Assembly (NCBI GenBank): GCA_002269645.1
Contig: NIVC01003527.1
Location: 1 to 64,000, forward strand
Reading direction: 5' to 3'
DNA from: Macrostomum lignano
Taxonomy: Eukaryota
Length of the DNA stretch: 64,000 nucleotides
Both the position numbers and the translations under genes were made by a program. Numbering within the stretch: the stretch's first letter is position 1; every line of letters starts with the position of its first letter. This document shows positions 1 through 13,215 of this stretch, piece by piece. A model generated the notes under the pieces. That model did not search any database, was not told the DNA's origin, and saw nothing but the letters and a program-made list of their open reading frames with translations.

Positions 1-970
1 GTGTCTCAAAGACTATTTTGGCAAAAAAGCAAACAAATAAATGTAGGCCTATGCAAGGAAATAAATATTGATAAACAGTTATAAACCTTTTATTAATTAG
101 AAAGGTAAATCTAATTAGGCTTCTTTCTTTTATATATTTTTCCTAAAATAGAATAGTAACTTGAATTACTTGAGATAAGTCATCTTATATAGTATATATA
201 CACTTTCTAGCTGTATTATGATAATAAGTTCATTATTTATCAATTATTTAAATCTATATTTATCTGTTCACTGTTGCTGTTATTATTCTTCTTTTTTATA
301 TTCTAAAAAATATCAAATTAATATGGGGCCCTTATTATAATTAATGGTAAATGTTTCTAAATAGAATATATTTTTTAAATCAATATCAATTGCTTATTTA
401 ATTTTGTCATACAAAAGGATGTACCCATTTTTGGAGATTTGAAAATAGATCCTAAAATAATACTAAAGATATAAAGTCATATCTTATTTCAATTTTTATT
501 CTAGTAAAAAACTATTTACCTAGCTTTATATGAGTAGGCCCTATATATACATGTATTGAAAATTTAGGTCATTGGTACTGATACAATAAACAACTTAGTA
601 AGCAAGAATCTTTCAAATTTTCATGAGAATATTAAAATTATAAAAATTTATAAAAAAATTATAAATTATAAAAAGTTATAAAAAATTAATCAAATTTATT
701 GGTATTGCAATGAGTAACTTACTAGATAGATAACAAAATTAAAATATGCTTTTTAAGTAAGAATTGTTATTTAGCCTATAACATAAGTTTGAAACTTGCA
801 ATAAACTAGAAGCATATAGCCCAAGTAATTGAAGACTCTAAGTAGCCTACTGCTAGTAGTTCAATGCTATTAGAAATGTAATAAGCATAAATTTGCTAAA
901 ATTTTTGTTCATATTTTATTTTTTATATTACAATAATATTAAAAATCAAAGTACATTGTATGCACTTTAG

Positions 971-3159
971 CCAACAATCGCTGGCTTTTTCGCACGTCGG
1001 CCTGGCTGCCAAGCAAAGACGATTGGCGCCTCTGCCTCAGCTGCGTGTCGGCCGAGGAGCGTCGGCATGTCGAGCAGTTCCTGCACCGACGCGACAGCAA
1101 AGCTGCTCTCGCCAGCCGCCTGCTGGCCCGGCGTTTCGGCACCTCGGCCACTGGGCTGGACAATTCGCAGCTGACCGCCTGCCTGCAGCGCAGCGACAAG
1201 GGGCGCCCGTTTCTGGCTGGCTTTGAGGCCGACTTCAACATCAGCCACCAGGGCGACGTGCTCATTCTGTGCGGTGTCTGCGGGCCAGGGCTCCGTGTTG
1301 GCTGCGATGTGATGAAGGCCACCCTGCCCAGTGCGTAATTCTTTATTAGAAATCTCAACGATTTTGGGGTGGGGGCAGAGCAACTGACTGAGCGGTAAAC
1401 GCGTCCTACTCTTAGGCCACCCCTGGAGCCCACAAGCCAGAGAAAGTGTACATGCCAGACGATTCAAAAGTCAGGGACGCTGTACACCCTGTGTGAACGG
1501 CTCTATGAGTGCGTGACAAGCTTCAAAATCCCAAACTTCACAATCCCCCAAGCTTCACAATCCCCAAGCTTCACAATCCCCAAGCTTCAAAATCTCCAAG
1601 CTCCACAATCTCCAATCTTCAAAATCTCCAAGCTTCAAAATCTCCAAGCTTCACATTCTCCAAGCTTCACAATCCCCAAGCTTCAAAATCTCCAAGCTTC
1701 ACAATCTCCAAGCTTCACAATCCCCAAGCTTCACAATCTCCAAGCTTCACAATCCCCAAGCTTCACAATCCCCAAGCTTCACAATCTCCAAGCTTCACAA
1801 TCTCCAAGCTTCACAATCTCCAAGCTTCACAATCCCAAACTTCAAAATCCCCAATCTTTAAAATCTCCAAGCTTCACAATCCCCCAAGCTTCACAATCTC
1901 CAAGCTTCACAATCCCCAAGCTTCACAATCTCCAAGCTTCACAATCCCCAAGCTTCACAATCTCCAAGCTTCACAATCTCCAAGCTTCACAATCCCAAAC
2001 TTCAAAATCCCCAATCTTTAAAATCTCCAATCTACGCAACTTTAACCCACATTCTGCTCCTCATTCAACTACTCGTAGTAGGCAAGTCAAGCGCATTTTT
2101 AATCTAATATTTTCCAATCCGAAATCAACAGGAGGCGAATCGTCTGCCGAGTCGTTCTTCCGCATCATGCGCCGTCAGCTGACTGAGGATGAGTGGCGCT
2201 TCGTCAGGTCGCATGGCGGGGACTCTCAGCAGCTGGCTGCGTTCTACAGGATCTGGGTGAGTGCGGATGCGCCATGAGAGCTGTGTAGCGAGTTCTTTTG
2301 TAGGAGCGAAATCTTCCCTGAAATCATTGGTAACCTTGTGTCACCTATTTTTATTAATAGTGCCAGCCCCTGACACCATAATTAGTGCAATTTCTGACAC
2401 CCTAATAAGTGCACCTCTGACACCCTAGTTCGTGCATCTCCTGACACCCTAATTAGTGCCAACCCCTTACACCCTAATTAGAGCATCTCCTGACACCCTA
2501 ATTAGAGCACCTCCTGACACCTAATTAGTGCATCTCCTGACACCTAATTAGTGCACCTCCTGACACCCTAATTAGTGCCAACCACTGACACCCTAATTAG
2601 AGCAACTCCTGACACCCTAATTAGAGCAACTCCTGACACCCTAATTAGTGCACCTCCTGACACCCTAATTAGAGCATCTCCTGACACCTAATTAGTGCAT
2701 CTCCTGACACCCTAATTAGTGCATCTCCTGACACTCTAATTAGTGCACCCCGTGACAATTTCTGCAGTTTCTAATGCTTGTCCGCAGTGTCTCAAAGAGT
2801 CGGTCGTGAAGGCCACAGGCGATGGGATCGGGTTCAGCCTGTCCCGCCTGAACTGCCAGCCCGACCCCGACTTCCTGTTCGACGCCGCAGACCTTCCTCT
2901 CACGACCTCGCGATCCATCGTGTACATTGACGGTTCGGCGAGCTCTGATTGGTTGTTCGAGGAGCACCGGCTGCCTCTGGGTCACGTGGCCGCCGTGGCC
3001 TGGCAGCGCCGCGGTGGCGGGGCAGGCAGTCACGTGACTTTAGAAGCATTCACAGAACTGGCGCCTCTGTCCAGCTCAATATGCGATGGTCTGCAGCCAA
3101 TCACTGTTTCCCACGATTCCGAAATGAGCTATCAAAACTTTTGCAATAAACCTGCTTAG
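971..3159 (+). CDS. AASDHPPT: 4'-phosphopantetheinyl transferase (AASDHPPT/Lys5-like), 5'-partial, 3 visible exons
   Basis: Exons 971-1330, 2132-2256 and 2788-3159 have AG/GT boundaries and consistent phases. Translation includes [16 protein letters not shown]...[47 protein letters not shown]|[13 protein letters not shown], which are Sfp-type PPTase motifs. No in-frame ATG lies upstream of 971 (TAA at 940), so the first exon is not identified. Confidence 0.93.
1519..2030. repeat. Intronic minisatellite built from CCAAGCTTCACAATC(T/C)C modules
   Basis: Visible tandem array in the AASDHPPT intron; explains ORFs 1509..2021 and most of 1513..2277. Confidence 0.9.
2368..2750. repeat. 24-bp minisatellite CTGACACCCTAATTAGTGCATCTC
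   Basis: Tandem units in the AASDHPPT intron, each with the palindrome CTAATTAG. Confidence 0.9.
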
Positions 3160-3357
3160 TGCTACTTATAGTAGGTTTACAGGCTTGAACTGTAGAACCC
3201 GCATTTTTATAGACAAAACAAATAAATGTAAATTAGTTTTAATTGACGTACTGAGCTTTAAATATCAGATTTCTTTAAGTTTGTTGCATCATCATTTTGT
3301 TAGAGGACGAAGAGGAAGAAGAAGAGGACTAAACACACAGACAGGACGTGTGTCTGC

Positions 3358-3362
3358 GTCTG

Positions 3363-3398
<36 letters not shown>

Positions 3399-3399
3399 G

Positions 3400-3446
<47 letters not shown>

Positions 3447-3447
3447 G

Positions 3448-3480
<33 letters not shown>

Positions 3481-3482
3481 CG

Positions 3483-3558
<76 letters not shown>

Positions 3559-3559
3559 G

Positions 3560-3630
<71 letters not shown>

Positions 3631-3662
3631 GGTCTGTCTGTCTGTCTGTTTGTCTGTCTGCC

Positions 3663-3737
<75 letters not shown>

Positions 3738-3738
3738 G

Positions 3739-3800
<62 letters not shown>
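3358..3800. repeat. (TCTG)n microsatellite
   Basis: Direct inspection. Confidence 0.97.
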
Positions 3801-3804
<4 letters not shown>

Positions 3805-4862
3805 CCAGCTCGTATATTTTGTCCCGCCAATAAAAAGTGCAATAAAAGCCGGTCTCCAGCAAAATCTGGATCAATTCTGTATTTCTCTACTAAAAGCGAA
3901 CCGACTGATAATTTTGCTTTCAAGCATTTTGCTATATTTAAATTGAGTATCAGTCTATTCATGCAGCAAATTTTTTTAATTTTCTAAATAACTGAGTAAG
4001 AAACTTTCAAAGAACTTGTGCTTTTGTAAAAATCGGATTTTTTTTGCTAGAATTTGTCCACTGAAAAACCCTATTAATCAGCGCTATTCGATCTGGTTGA
4101 GAGAACACGTAAATGCACTAGCAATACGACAAATATACGTTCCCCGTTACCGGCATGGGGTCATTTCTAAGAACCCGTTTCTTCGCTACAATTGATTTGT
4201 GAACTGTGTGAATTAATATACATGTAAGAATATTTAAGTGGTTAACAAAGTTTTTTTAAATGGCTACTTACATGTACATGTACATGTAATACAACAACTT
4301 TTGAATGTAAAAAAATTTAAAAAAATAAAATAATAATATAATAATATGTATAATCATAATATAAAAATTAAAAATCAAAAAGAATGCAAAAGAATGCATG
4401 TGATAGTATATACCTTGTCTATCCGATTATTGAATGCTTGCAAGCACGTTTGCTAAAAAGTTTTTATCTGTTTCCAATTTTTATTTTATTTGTTTGATTA
4501 TTTGTTTATATATTTAATCATAATTAGCTTATTGATTCAACCTGAGTACCATGCTGTACACGTAGTAATTACTGTTGCTATTTTGTTTCTTCTTTGCCAA
4601 CTTTATATTTTATTGGTATTCAAGAAACGCTAGTAGGGCAAAATAAGGGATGCGCGCCTGCAACGTTCTGCAGCTTCAGCCTCCCTAGAGACAGCAGTCG
4701 CGCTCTTGTTTTCCTATTGCACCAAGCAAGCATAAGCGTATAATAAAAGTACTTTTGCACTTGACCGCGATTCAACCAGCGAATATTTAAATACGAATTC
4801 ATAATTAAAATGTTGCAGGCAGGCAGGCATCTCGAAGATGAACATTTTTCTAAAGCCAAACT

Positions 4863-7436
4863 TCACAAAACTTGCTGCGGCAGCTGCTGCTGGTTCTCTT
4901 TCCGCTTCTGATTTGACTGGTAGCGCCTCAGCAGGCAGAGTTCGAGCAGCTCCACCGCCACCGCGCAGGTGAGGCCGAGAAACAGGCTGGACAGACCGCC
5001 AATTTGACTCATCAAGGCGCTTAATCCCAGCGACAGGATCTCCGTCTTTTGCACCGTGTTTCTCGACTGCCGACGGATCGTGACGTAGGCAAAGTTGGTG
5101 TCGTCTCTGAGGAATGTCCGAATTGGGAGCTGGTGTTAGCGAGGCTGCATTGCAGAGGGAGGGGGGTGGGGCACTCCAGCACATCAAAGGCGACCAGCAG
5201 TCAGGCCCATTACGCTGATCCCTGAGCACTCGCATGGATAAGTACCCAGGCACTCGCTTACACAGGGTGTCTCTAGCAGCCCTGACTTTCTGATCCTTCC
5301 CGCAGTGTTAAACATGGGGGCATGAAAGGGGACAAGACGTCTATCTAGACGTTAATTTTACATTGCATCGACGTTTAGCCGACGTATGACGTCATTTTCC
5401 GTCGATGTAATGTAAAAGTAAAAGTACAGCCGAAGTCGCTGGCATCAAATCGATGTACGCTGTACGGGAAAGGATCTGCATGTAAAACAGCCCTCTCAGT
5501 ACCAGTTGTTACTTGCACCCAACTATAGCCAAAGCAGCCTCTAACTTGGGCATCACTTGGTCCAGAGTCTGTTGTTTCTCCTCCGCCGATTCGTCAAAGC
5601 CATTCGTGCCACCGTCTGCCGACGCCGCCTTGGTGATGTTCGCAGTCTCGAAGAACGTCTTCATGGTTACGCTGGCCTGCTCCAGTTTTTCTCTCAATCG
5701 GCGCTCCTCGTCTGGCGGCAGGCCGCCCATCTCCAGCCGCTTGCTGGCCTCGTCAAGATCGCGGAAGCAGCGCGAGTGCTGCATCAGCCAGTGCAGCTGC
5801 CACTGAGTAGCTCGCCAGACAGTCTTTGAGGCCACCGTGTCAAAGTAGTGAAAGTGGCAGGGCATCAGGCACACGCTTCTGCTAAGGCGCTCCCGCTCGG
5901 AGTCCAAGTTGAGCCGATTCAGGCAGTCGATGTTGGCCAGCATCTTTCGCATGCCAATGCGGGTGTCTCCGCAGTACGGATGGCTGCCGTTTGGCACCGA
6001 GGAGCGCAGGTATTTGACGTAGTGACAGCCGCAGCGTTCCAACGCCAGCTTGCCAAGCTCCTGCCTCAGGCAGGCCTCGTACGAGTAGGCGAACTCTTCG
6101 TCCAGGTCGCGAATTTTTCGCTGACTCGCCGCCTCGGCAGACATGCAGGCGTCGGCTGGGCTGTCGACCTCGGCCCAGCGCTCCGTCTTGTAGCTGATCT
6201 CGACTAACTTACCCGGCTCCACGTGGATGCCCTTCAGAGTCGGCTCCGGGTAAGTGTCGTTCTCGTGCACCTCTAGCCGAATGCCGTCGGCCTGTTCGAA
6301 GATGTCCTGCACAAAGGCCTCCTCGTACTCGTTTGGCACCGCGCTGGAGACGCGGAGCACCAGAGTCAGCCAGTCGATGTCTCGCGGAGCTTGCACCTTT
6401 GAGTAGGTTGTATGGAGTTGCCTGTGAGAAACTCGGTTTACCCTCTTTTTTGGTACTTTTAAGGTACTTTCACTGACTTCCTAGTGCAACCTACTCAACG
6501 AACTGAAAGATCCACCGAATTCTCTGATTGGCAGAGCAAAAAAAGTTTTAAAAGATCTTGACCCTAGTTTTAAAAAGTGCATCCGGTAATTTCACTTATA
6601 GCTTTAGTCCAGCTAAGAAATGCCGTCCATTGTAAAACAGGCAAACTTTTTGTTTTCTATAATGTATGCAAATGCCTCCACTCCAGGTCATTCGGTGTAC
6701 AAAAGTCTAGCTAGGCGCCCAGATGTTAATTTATTACATGCACACGGGCGGTCTGTAATTCAGTTCCCGCCGTTCGCTCCCTCCAGGTGAATTTACGACC
6801 TCATGCCACAGGTGTGTAACAGCCACATGTATAGGCGATCTGCAATCAAACTACCTGATAGCAGTTGAAGTAAGACGGCAGGCTGACTCGCTTCAACAGC
6901 AGGCTGCAGTCTTTCCAATTGCTGATCTCGACGAACGGCCCGACACCCGTGACGCAGAAGATGAACAACTGCGGCACAGAGAAGCTGAGATTAACGGCAT
7001 CGTTGTGCTCTAGCGACTGGTAATAGACTTTCTTGGTGTCGCTCGCCAGTACGTTCTCCGCCATCAAGAACTCGCTCGAATTAAACAGCTGAAACGCTGT
7101 GCGACGCAGTTCGTGCGAGAAATTCGTTGGCGAGAGAACCTGTCCGCTGCTCCACAGAGTCGCCGCCGTCTTCGAGAATGGGTAGTGATTGCAGACGGTC
7201 ACGGCCGGTATCGCAATGGTGGGGTCGTTCAGGACGATAGTGGTCTGGATGATGGTCTTGTACTGCAGGTAGTCCTTGGCGATGAAGCACACGCAGGCGA
7301 TGAGGGCGGCCGCCATCAGGCAGAGGTAGCCAGCCCAGATCGCCCGCAGATGTCGAGTTGGCGCTTTCACAAGCCGACCGGCTCCGCGCAGCGAAGTGCT
7401 GCTGCAGAACTGCTGGAAAACTTCGTGGAAAGTCAT
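4863..7436 (-). CDS. DEG/ENaC (amiloride-sensitive sodium channel family) subunit, complete, about 586 aa
   Basis: Exons 7436-6855, 6396-5513, 5289-5262 (28-nt micro-exon) and 5129-4863 total 1761 nt in frame. Family features: FCSSTSLRG before TM1, W in TM1, IPAVTVCN, YFNCY, GIRLEVH..DTYP, Cys-rich thumb (ACLRQ..CGC..C..PC) and TM2 QIGGLSSLFLG. Confidence 0.9.
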
Positions 7437-9082
7437 GGCTCAGCTACCCTTTTTTCGCGATGCTCTTTCGCACCTTCAAAGGTTCTTTATTATTATTATA
7501 AGGTCCCAGATCTGGTTCCGCAGGGAAGAAGCATTTCACGACCGCGGCTGCTGCGACGGGGCCTGCATCGTATATAAAACAGTCCGCCTTGCCCACCCCG
7601 CATTGGGCTCGGCAGCTGCATAAGCCGAGCTTTTGGCGAACGCTGAGTGGCCTGCAGATCCAAAGCTAGGGAAGAAAAGGCCGGAATAGGGAGGAGAGTA
7701 CTGCACTGGTGACCAATCTCAATCAGCTGTTGACCTGCTAAAGCAAATTGAAATACAACCGCAGGGGGAGCGAAGTTTTGCTTTTTATGACGATCTCAAC
7801 GGGAGCATGGTACTTCTAGTGGTCGCTATAGGGCGTTACACTCGAGAAAAATTGGCCAACTTTTAATCCCACTAGGAGCGTTTCGCAACCTCGAAACGTA
7901 ACAAGCTCGAATCAAGTTCACAAGCTCGAAAAGTGTCACTAACCACTTTTGATAGCTCACAACTCACACGATTTCGAAGACATGGAATTCCAAGCTTGCA
8001 GAATTCACTCATAAATTGTAGATTAACTATCTACTGAAATACTGATAATCAATGTACTTTTTTGCAGACTGAGTTCAACAGACTCTTGTTGAAAACTTCT
8101 GCGTTTAATAAAATTGATTGAATGCTTCTTTTTTGACTTTGGGTGCAGTTCATCTATTTTATCTTCAAATTGATACAGCAGACTATCCCCAAGGACTACT
8201 ATTAGCTACCCGAAAAATACTCAGTGTCTGTTTGAGTTCGCACTCAGGAATCCCCTGAGGGAATTCTACCATGTTGCTACGATCTCTACATGCAATTTTC
8301 AAAGGGTTTCGCCAGCTCCGAAAGACGCCTCCGTAAGACCCAATCGTTACAAATTGATTATAAAACATCCATGGCGACATCCATGAATAACTAAATGCAT
8401 AACTATATTAATTTCAAATTGGATTAATAAAAGTTTATAAAAAAAACAATTTCGCAAACATCTGCAGCTTCCTTGCAATCAAGTGACTGGACTTACTGTC
8501 AGATAATGATAAATGATGGGCATTCAAATATAGGTTACGGGTACCGTCGACTTTTCACGAAGATGCATCCAACGTCTAACTGAACCAGACTGTTGCAACT
8601 AAATGCATACATGTAGCTTAGCGCCATATATCTCTTCACTATCGTAGTGTAGCACAAAGCCTGTCTAAGCAGTGCAGACACTCACTATAACCATTAGCTA
8701 GCCGAACTGGGCCCAGCCTCAATAGTACAAATTAGTGCAAATTCATTTCAGACGTCATCATTCTTCATCTTGGTCCGGTGGAATTTCGTACTGGCATTAC
8801 AGCAGAAAGCCGGCAGGCCAACAAAACAAAAAAGTTTCTGGAACAAAAATAATTGAACTTTAAGTCCGGTTTTGTAATAATTGCCGCTCGCATTCTTGCT
8901 AACAGAAAACAATTCGTCATTGTGCCAGAAAATGCAGTAGCCGTAGGGTGATTTACTGAAAGCAGCGACTCTGTTGAAAAGTCCAACATAAAACTTCTAC
9001 AAATATACATTAAAGGGGTTTGTGGTAGTGCATGTGTACACATTCAGTTTACGAGTGGTTCCTGAAGGTCTGTAAAGCATAG

Positions 9083-9371
9083 TTATTAATTAATTATACA
9101 TCTGCCCTAATGGGCAGATGTGCAACCGACAGCTCAGCCGCAGCTATTGCGCGGCGCATCTGAAGGCTGCGTACGGCTGTTCAGTCCAAGGACTGGGCAC
9201 CCTCAATTACCCCAGCTAATGCTGGCACCCATTTTACAGCTGGGTAAGCTGAAGCAATGCAGAGTTAAGTGTCTTGCTCAAGGACACAAACTGTTTCGAG
9301 TTGAGCCCAGAATCGAACCCCCGACCTTTCAGTCGTGAGTCTGACGTTTTACCCACTGGGCTACAGCCCCC
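9083..9371 (-). mobile_element. tRNA-derived SINE with CORE-like central domain and 3' hairpin
   Basis: Minus strand reads GGGGGCTGTAGCCCAGTGG (A box) and GGTTCGATTC (B box), then TGTGTCCTTGAGCAAGACACTTAAC...CAGCTGTAAAATGGG, resembling the MIR/CORE consensus. A perfect 10-bp stem lies at 9098-9121, followed by an AT tail. No clean TSD. Confidence 0.75.
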
Positions 9372-9391
9372 TTGTGCATAGAAGTATACCC

Positions 9392-10712
9392 TGAAGTTCT
9401 GTAGGTTCAAAGGAATGTCTCGATCAGAAAGGTCTGTAGGTTTAAAGGAATGTCTCAATCAGAAGTTCTGTAGGTTTAAAGGAATGTCTCGATCAGAAGG
9501 TCTGCAAGGTTCAAAGGAATGTCTCAATCAGAAGGTCTGTAGGTTTAAAGGAATGTCTCAATCAGAAGGTCTGTAGGTTTAAAGGAATGTCTCAATCAGA
9601 AGTTCTGTAGGTTTAAAGGAATGTCTCGATCAGAAGGTCCGTAGGTTTAAAGGAATGTCTCAATCAGAAGGTCTGTAGGTTTAAAGGAATGTCTCAATCA
9701 GAAGGTCTGTAGGTTTAAAGGAATGTCTCAATCAGAAGTTCTGTAGGTTTAAAGGAATGTCTCGATCAGAAGGTCTGCAAGGTTCAAAGGAATGTCTCAA
9801 TCAGAAGGTCTGTAGGTTTAAAGGAATGTCTCAATCAGAAGGTCTGTAGGTTTAAAGGAATGTCTCAATCAGAAGTCTGTAGGTTTAAAGGAATGTCTCG
9901 ATCAGAAGGTCTGTAGGTTTAAAGGAATGTCTCGATCAGAAAGAAGGTCTGTAGGTTCAAAGGAATGTCTCGATCAGAAAGAATGTCTGTAGGTTCAAAG
10001 GAATGTCTCGATCAGAAGGTCTGTAGGTTTAAAGGAATGTCTCGATCAGAAAGAAGGTCTGTAGGTTCAAAGGAATGTCTCGATCAGAAGGTCTGTAGGT
10101 TTAAAGGAATGTCTCGATCAGAAAGAAGGTCTGTAGGTTTAAAGGAATGTCTCGAATCAGAAGGTCTGTAGGTTTAAAGGAATGTCTCTATCAGAAGGTC
10201 CGTAGGTTTAAAGGAATGTCTCAATCAGAAGTCTGTAGGTTTAAAGGAATGTCTCAATCAGAAGGTCTGTAGGTTTAAAGGAATGTCTCGATCAGAAGTT
10301 CTGTAGGTTTAAAGGATGTCTCGATCAGAAAGAAGGTCTGTAGGTTTAAAGGAATGTCTCGATCAGAAGGTCTGTAGGTTTAAAGGAATGTCTCGATCAG
10401 AAAGAAGGTCTGTAGGTTTAAAGGAATGTCTCGATCAGAAGGTCTGTAGGTTTAAAGGAATGTCTCGATCAGAAAGAAGGTCTGTAGGTTTAAAGGAATG
10501 TCTCAATCAGAAGGTCTGTAGGTTTAAAGGATTTCTCAATCAGAAGGTCCGTAGGTTTAAAGGATTTCTCAATCAGAAGGTCCGTAGGTTTAAAGGATTT
10601 CTCAATCAGAAGGTCCGTAGGTTTAAAGGATTTCTCAATCAGAAGGTCTGTAGGTTTAAAGGATTTCTCAATCAGAAGGTCTGTAGGTTCAAAGGAATGT
10701 CTCGATCGGAAG
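9392..10712. repeat. 34/38-bp minisatellite GTAGGTTTAAAGGAATGTCTC(A/G)ATCAGAAGGTCT
   Basis: Direct inspection. Confidence 0.95.
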
Positions 10713-11429
10713 GTAGCTTTGAGCAGGTTAATATATACGTGGATTGTAGAGGAGCTGTCACCACAACCTGGTCACACCTAATTACGAATGATGCCCTGTG
10801 TGCGTTCGTGCCAGCGGACCAAAAATTTTGAGGACGGAATTAAGGAGAGTAAAATTAGGAATTTATTGCGTTTTAGAAAATTTCTTCAGCTTCTACCAGT
10901 AGTCTGTTCCTGTACCTAACGTATATACATATCATGTAGATGTATAGGCCTGGCCAGTGGTCCAGAACTTTCCGTTTATTAACAGAGAGCCAAGAGATCG
11001 CGGTTAACTTGCGGTCTGCAGGAAAGTCGGCCATGCTGTCTGGGGGAAGCAGGCAGGCAGTTCGACGAACGCATGCAGACCTGCAGCTTACTTTTATGGC
11101 TTGATTTCTAAACGCTCTGCCTGCGCAACTTCTGTTGCTGTCCTTCCGCGATTTCTACACGGGTCCATTTCTTGCGCCATTAATTCCTTAATTACAGTGC
11201 TGCTTTTAGCGAAGCTGATAGAAAAAATACTTGTACTGCATTTTTGCACCTTTAGCTTTTCAAGCTGGTTGATAATTAAAGCTGGATGGGCAGTTCGCCT
11301 ACTTGGAAACCGTAGATGGCTCTGGGGTTGGAATGACGGGTATTTTTCTGCTTCTTGGAAACTTATGCCTTTGAATGGAAACCGATCTACCAGAGCACCG
11401 GGGTGTCGACGAGATGAATCTACTGTGGA

Positions 11430-12200
11430 ATCTACTAGATGACTGTGGAATCTACTAGATGACTGGAATCTACCAGATGAGTTTGGAATCTACCAGATAA
11501 CTTTCGAATCTACCAGATGATTGTGGAGTCTACCAGATAACTGAGGAATCTACAGATAACTGTGGAATCTACCAGCTGGTTGTGGAATCTACCAGATAAC
11601 TGTGGAATCTACCAACTGGCTGTGGAATCTACCAGATAACTGTGGAATCTACCAGATTGCTTTGAAATCTTTCAGATGGTTGTGGAATCTACCAAATGGC
11701 TGTGAAATCTACCAGATGGTTGTGGAATCTACCTGCTGGCTGTGGAATCTACCAGATGACTGTGGAATCTACCAGATTGCTTTGAAATTTACCAGATGGC
11801 TGTGGAATCTACCAGATGGCTGTGAAATCTACCTGCTGGCTGTGAAATCTACCAGATGGCTGTCGAATCTACCAGATTGCTTTGAAATCTACCAGATGGT
11901 TGTGGAATCTACCAGATGACTGTGGAATCTACCAGATGGCTGTGGAATCTACCAGATGGCTGTGGAATCTACCAGATTGCTTTGAAATCTACCAGATGGC
12001 TGTGGAATCTACCAGATTGCTTTGAAATCTACCAGATGGTTGTGGAATCTACCAGATGGCTGTGGAAGCTACCAGATAAGTGTGGAATCTACCAGCTGGC
12101 TGTGGAAGCTACCAGATAAGTGTGGAATCTACCAGATAACTGTGGAATCTACCAGATGACTGTGGAGTCTACCAGATGACTGTGGAGTCTACCAGATCAA
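11430..12200. repeat. 20-bp minisatellite TGTGGAATCTACCAGATGGC
   Basis: Direct inspection. Confidence 0.93.
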
Positions 12201-12602
12201 TTTGGAATATACTGTAGCATGATCATTAGGTGTCTACCAGAACCATCCTTCTTTTAACTCATTTCGTATTCTCATGCACTCAGACTGCATTGATTACTTG
12301 GACACTGTAGCTAGAATATCCTAAGAAATATTTCACAGAAGTACACGCGTATGATCATTACATACAAAATAGACAAATATGGATAAGCAGACTGCCACTG
12401 TCAGCTGTTGATTTAGGAGCATGAAATTTATGATAGAAGCGGGAATCCTGTCTATATTTATATCGCAGCTGGCTACTGCAGGCTCGTTGCAATACAATCG
12501 GAAATTTTGCTGAATATCTCTGCGCAAGTGCAAGTTGGCCTGCAACAGGGCTGGACAGCAGCTCTGCGACGCTATGCAACTCCAAATTGTGGTGATGGTG
12601 GT

Positions 12603-13215
12603 TCTGTCTGTGTACACACAGCTGTCCTGTCTGTGTACACACACCTGTTGTCTGCGTACACACAGCTGTTCTGTCTGTACATACACCTGTTCCGTCTGTA
12701 TATACACACCTGTTCTGTCTGTGTACACACACCAGTTCTATCTGTGTACACACAGCAGCTGTTCCGTCTGTGTACACACACCTGTTCTGTCTGTGTACAC
12801 ACACCTGTTCTGTCTGTGTACACACACCTGTTCTGTCTGTGTACACACACCTGTTCTGTCTGTGTACACACACCTGTTCCGTCTGTGTACACACACCTGT
12901 TCTGTCTGTGTACACACACCTGTTCTGTCTGTGTACACACACCTGTTCTGTCTGTGTACACACACCTGTTCTGTCTGTGTACACACACCTGTTCCGTCTG
13001 TGTACACACACCTGTTCTATCTGTGTACACACACCTGTTCTGTCTGTGTACACACACCTGTTCTGTCTGTGTACACACAACTGTTCTGTCTGTGTACACA
13101 CAACTGTTCTGTCTGTGTACACACACCTTCTGTCTGTGTACACACACCTGTTCTGTCTGTGTACACACACCTGCTCTGTCTATGTACACACAGCGCTCTC
13201 TGTCTGTGTACACAC
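12603..13215. repeat. 23-bp minisatellite CACCTGTTCTGTCTGTGTACACA
   Basis: Direct inspection; produces ORFs on both strands. Confidence 0.95.

Noticed and set aside
3185-3987. Long ORFs rich in SVCL / TDRQ
   Set aside because: Translations of (TCTG)n; the same applies at 51824-52369 upstream of the true acceptor at 51899.
4714-5253. 179-aa minus-strand ORF overlapping the channel's last exon
   Set aside because: Wrong frame for the TM2 motif, and it runs through an intron and the 3' UTR.
9290-9371. Possible tRNA gene
   Set aside because: Anticodon and acceptor stems do not close properly, and it continues into a CORE-like body, so it is a SINE head.
9392-10712. CRISPR-like regular repeats (also the 35-bp and 41-bp arrays)
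   Set aside because: Head-to-tail units with no unique spacers, no cas genes, and a eukaryotic context.
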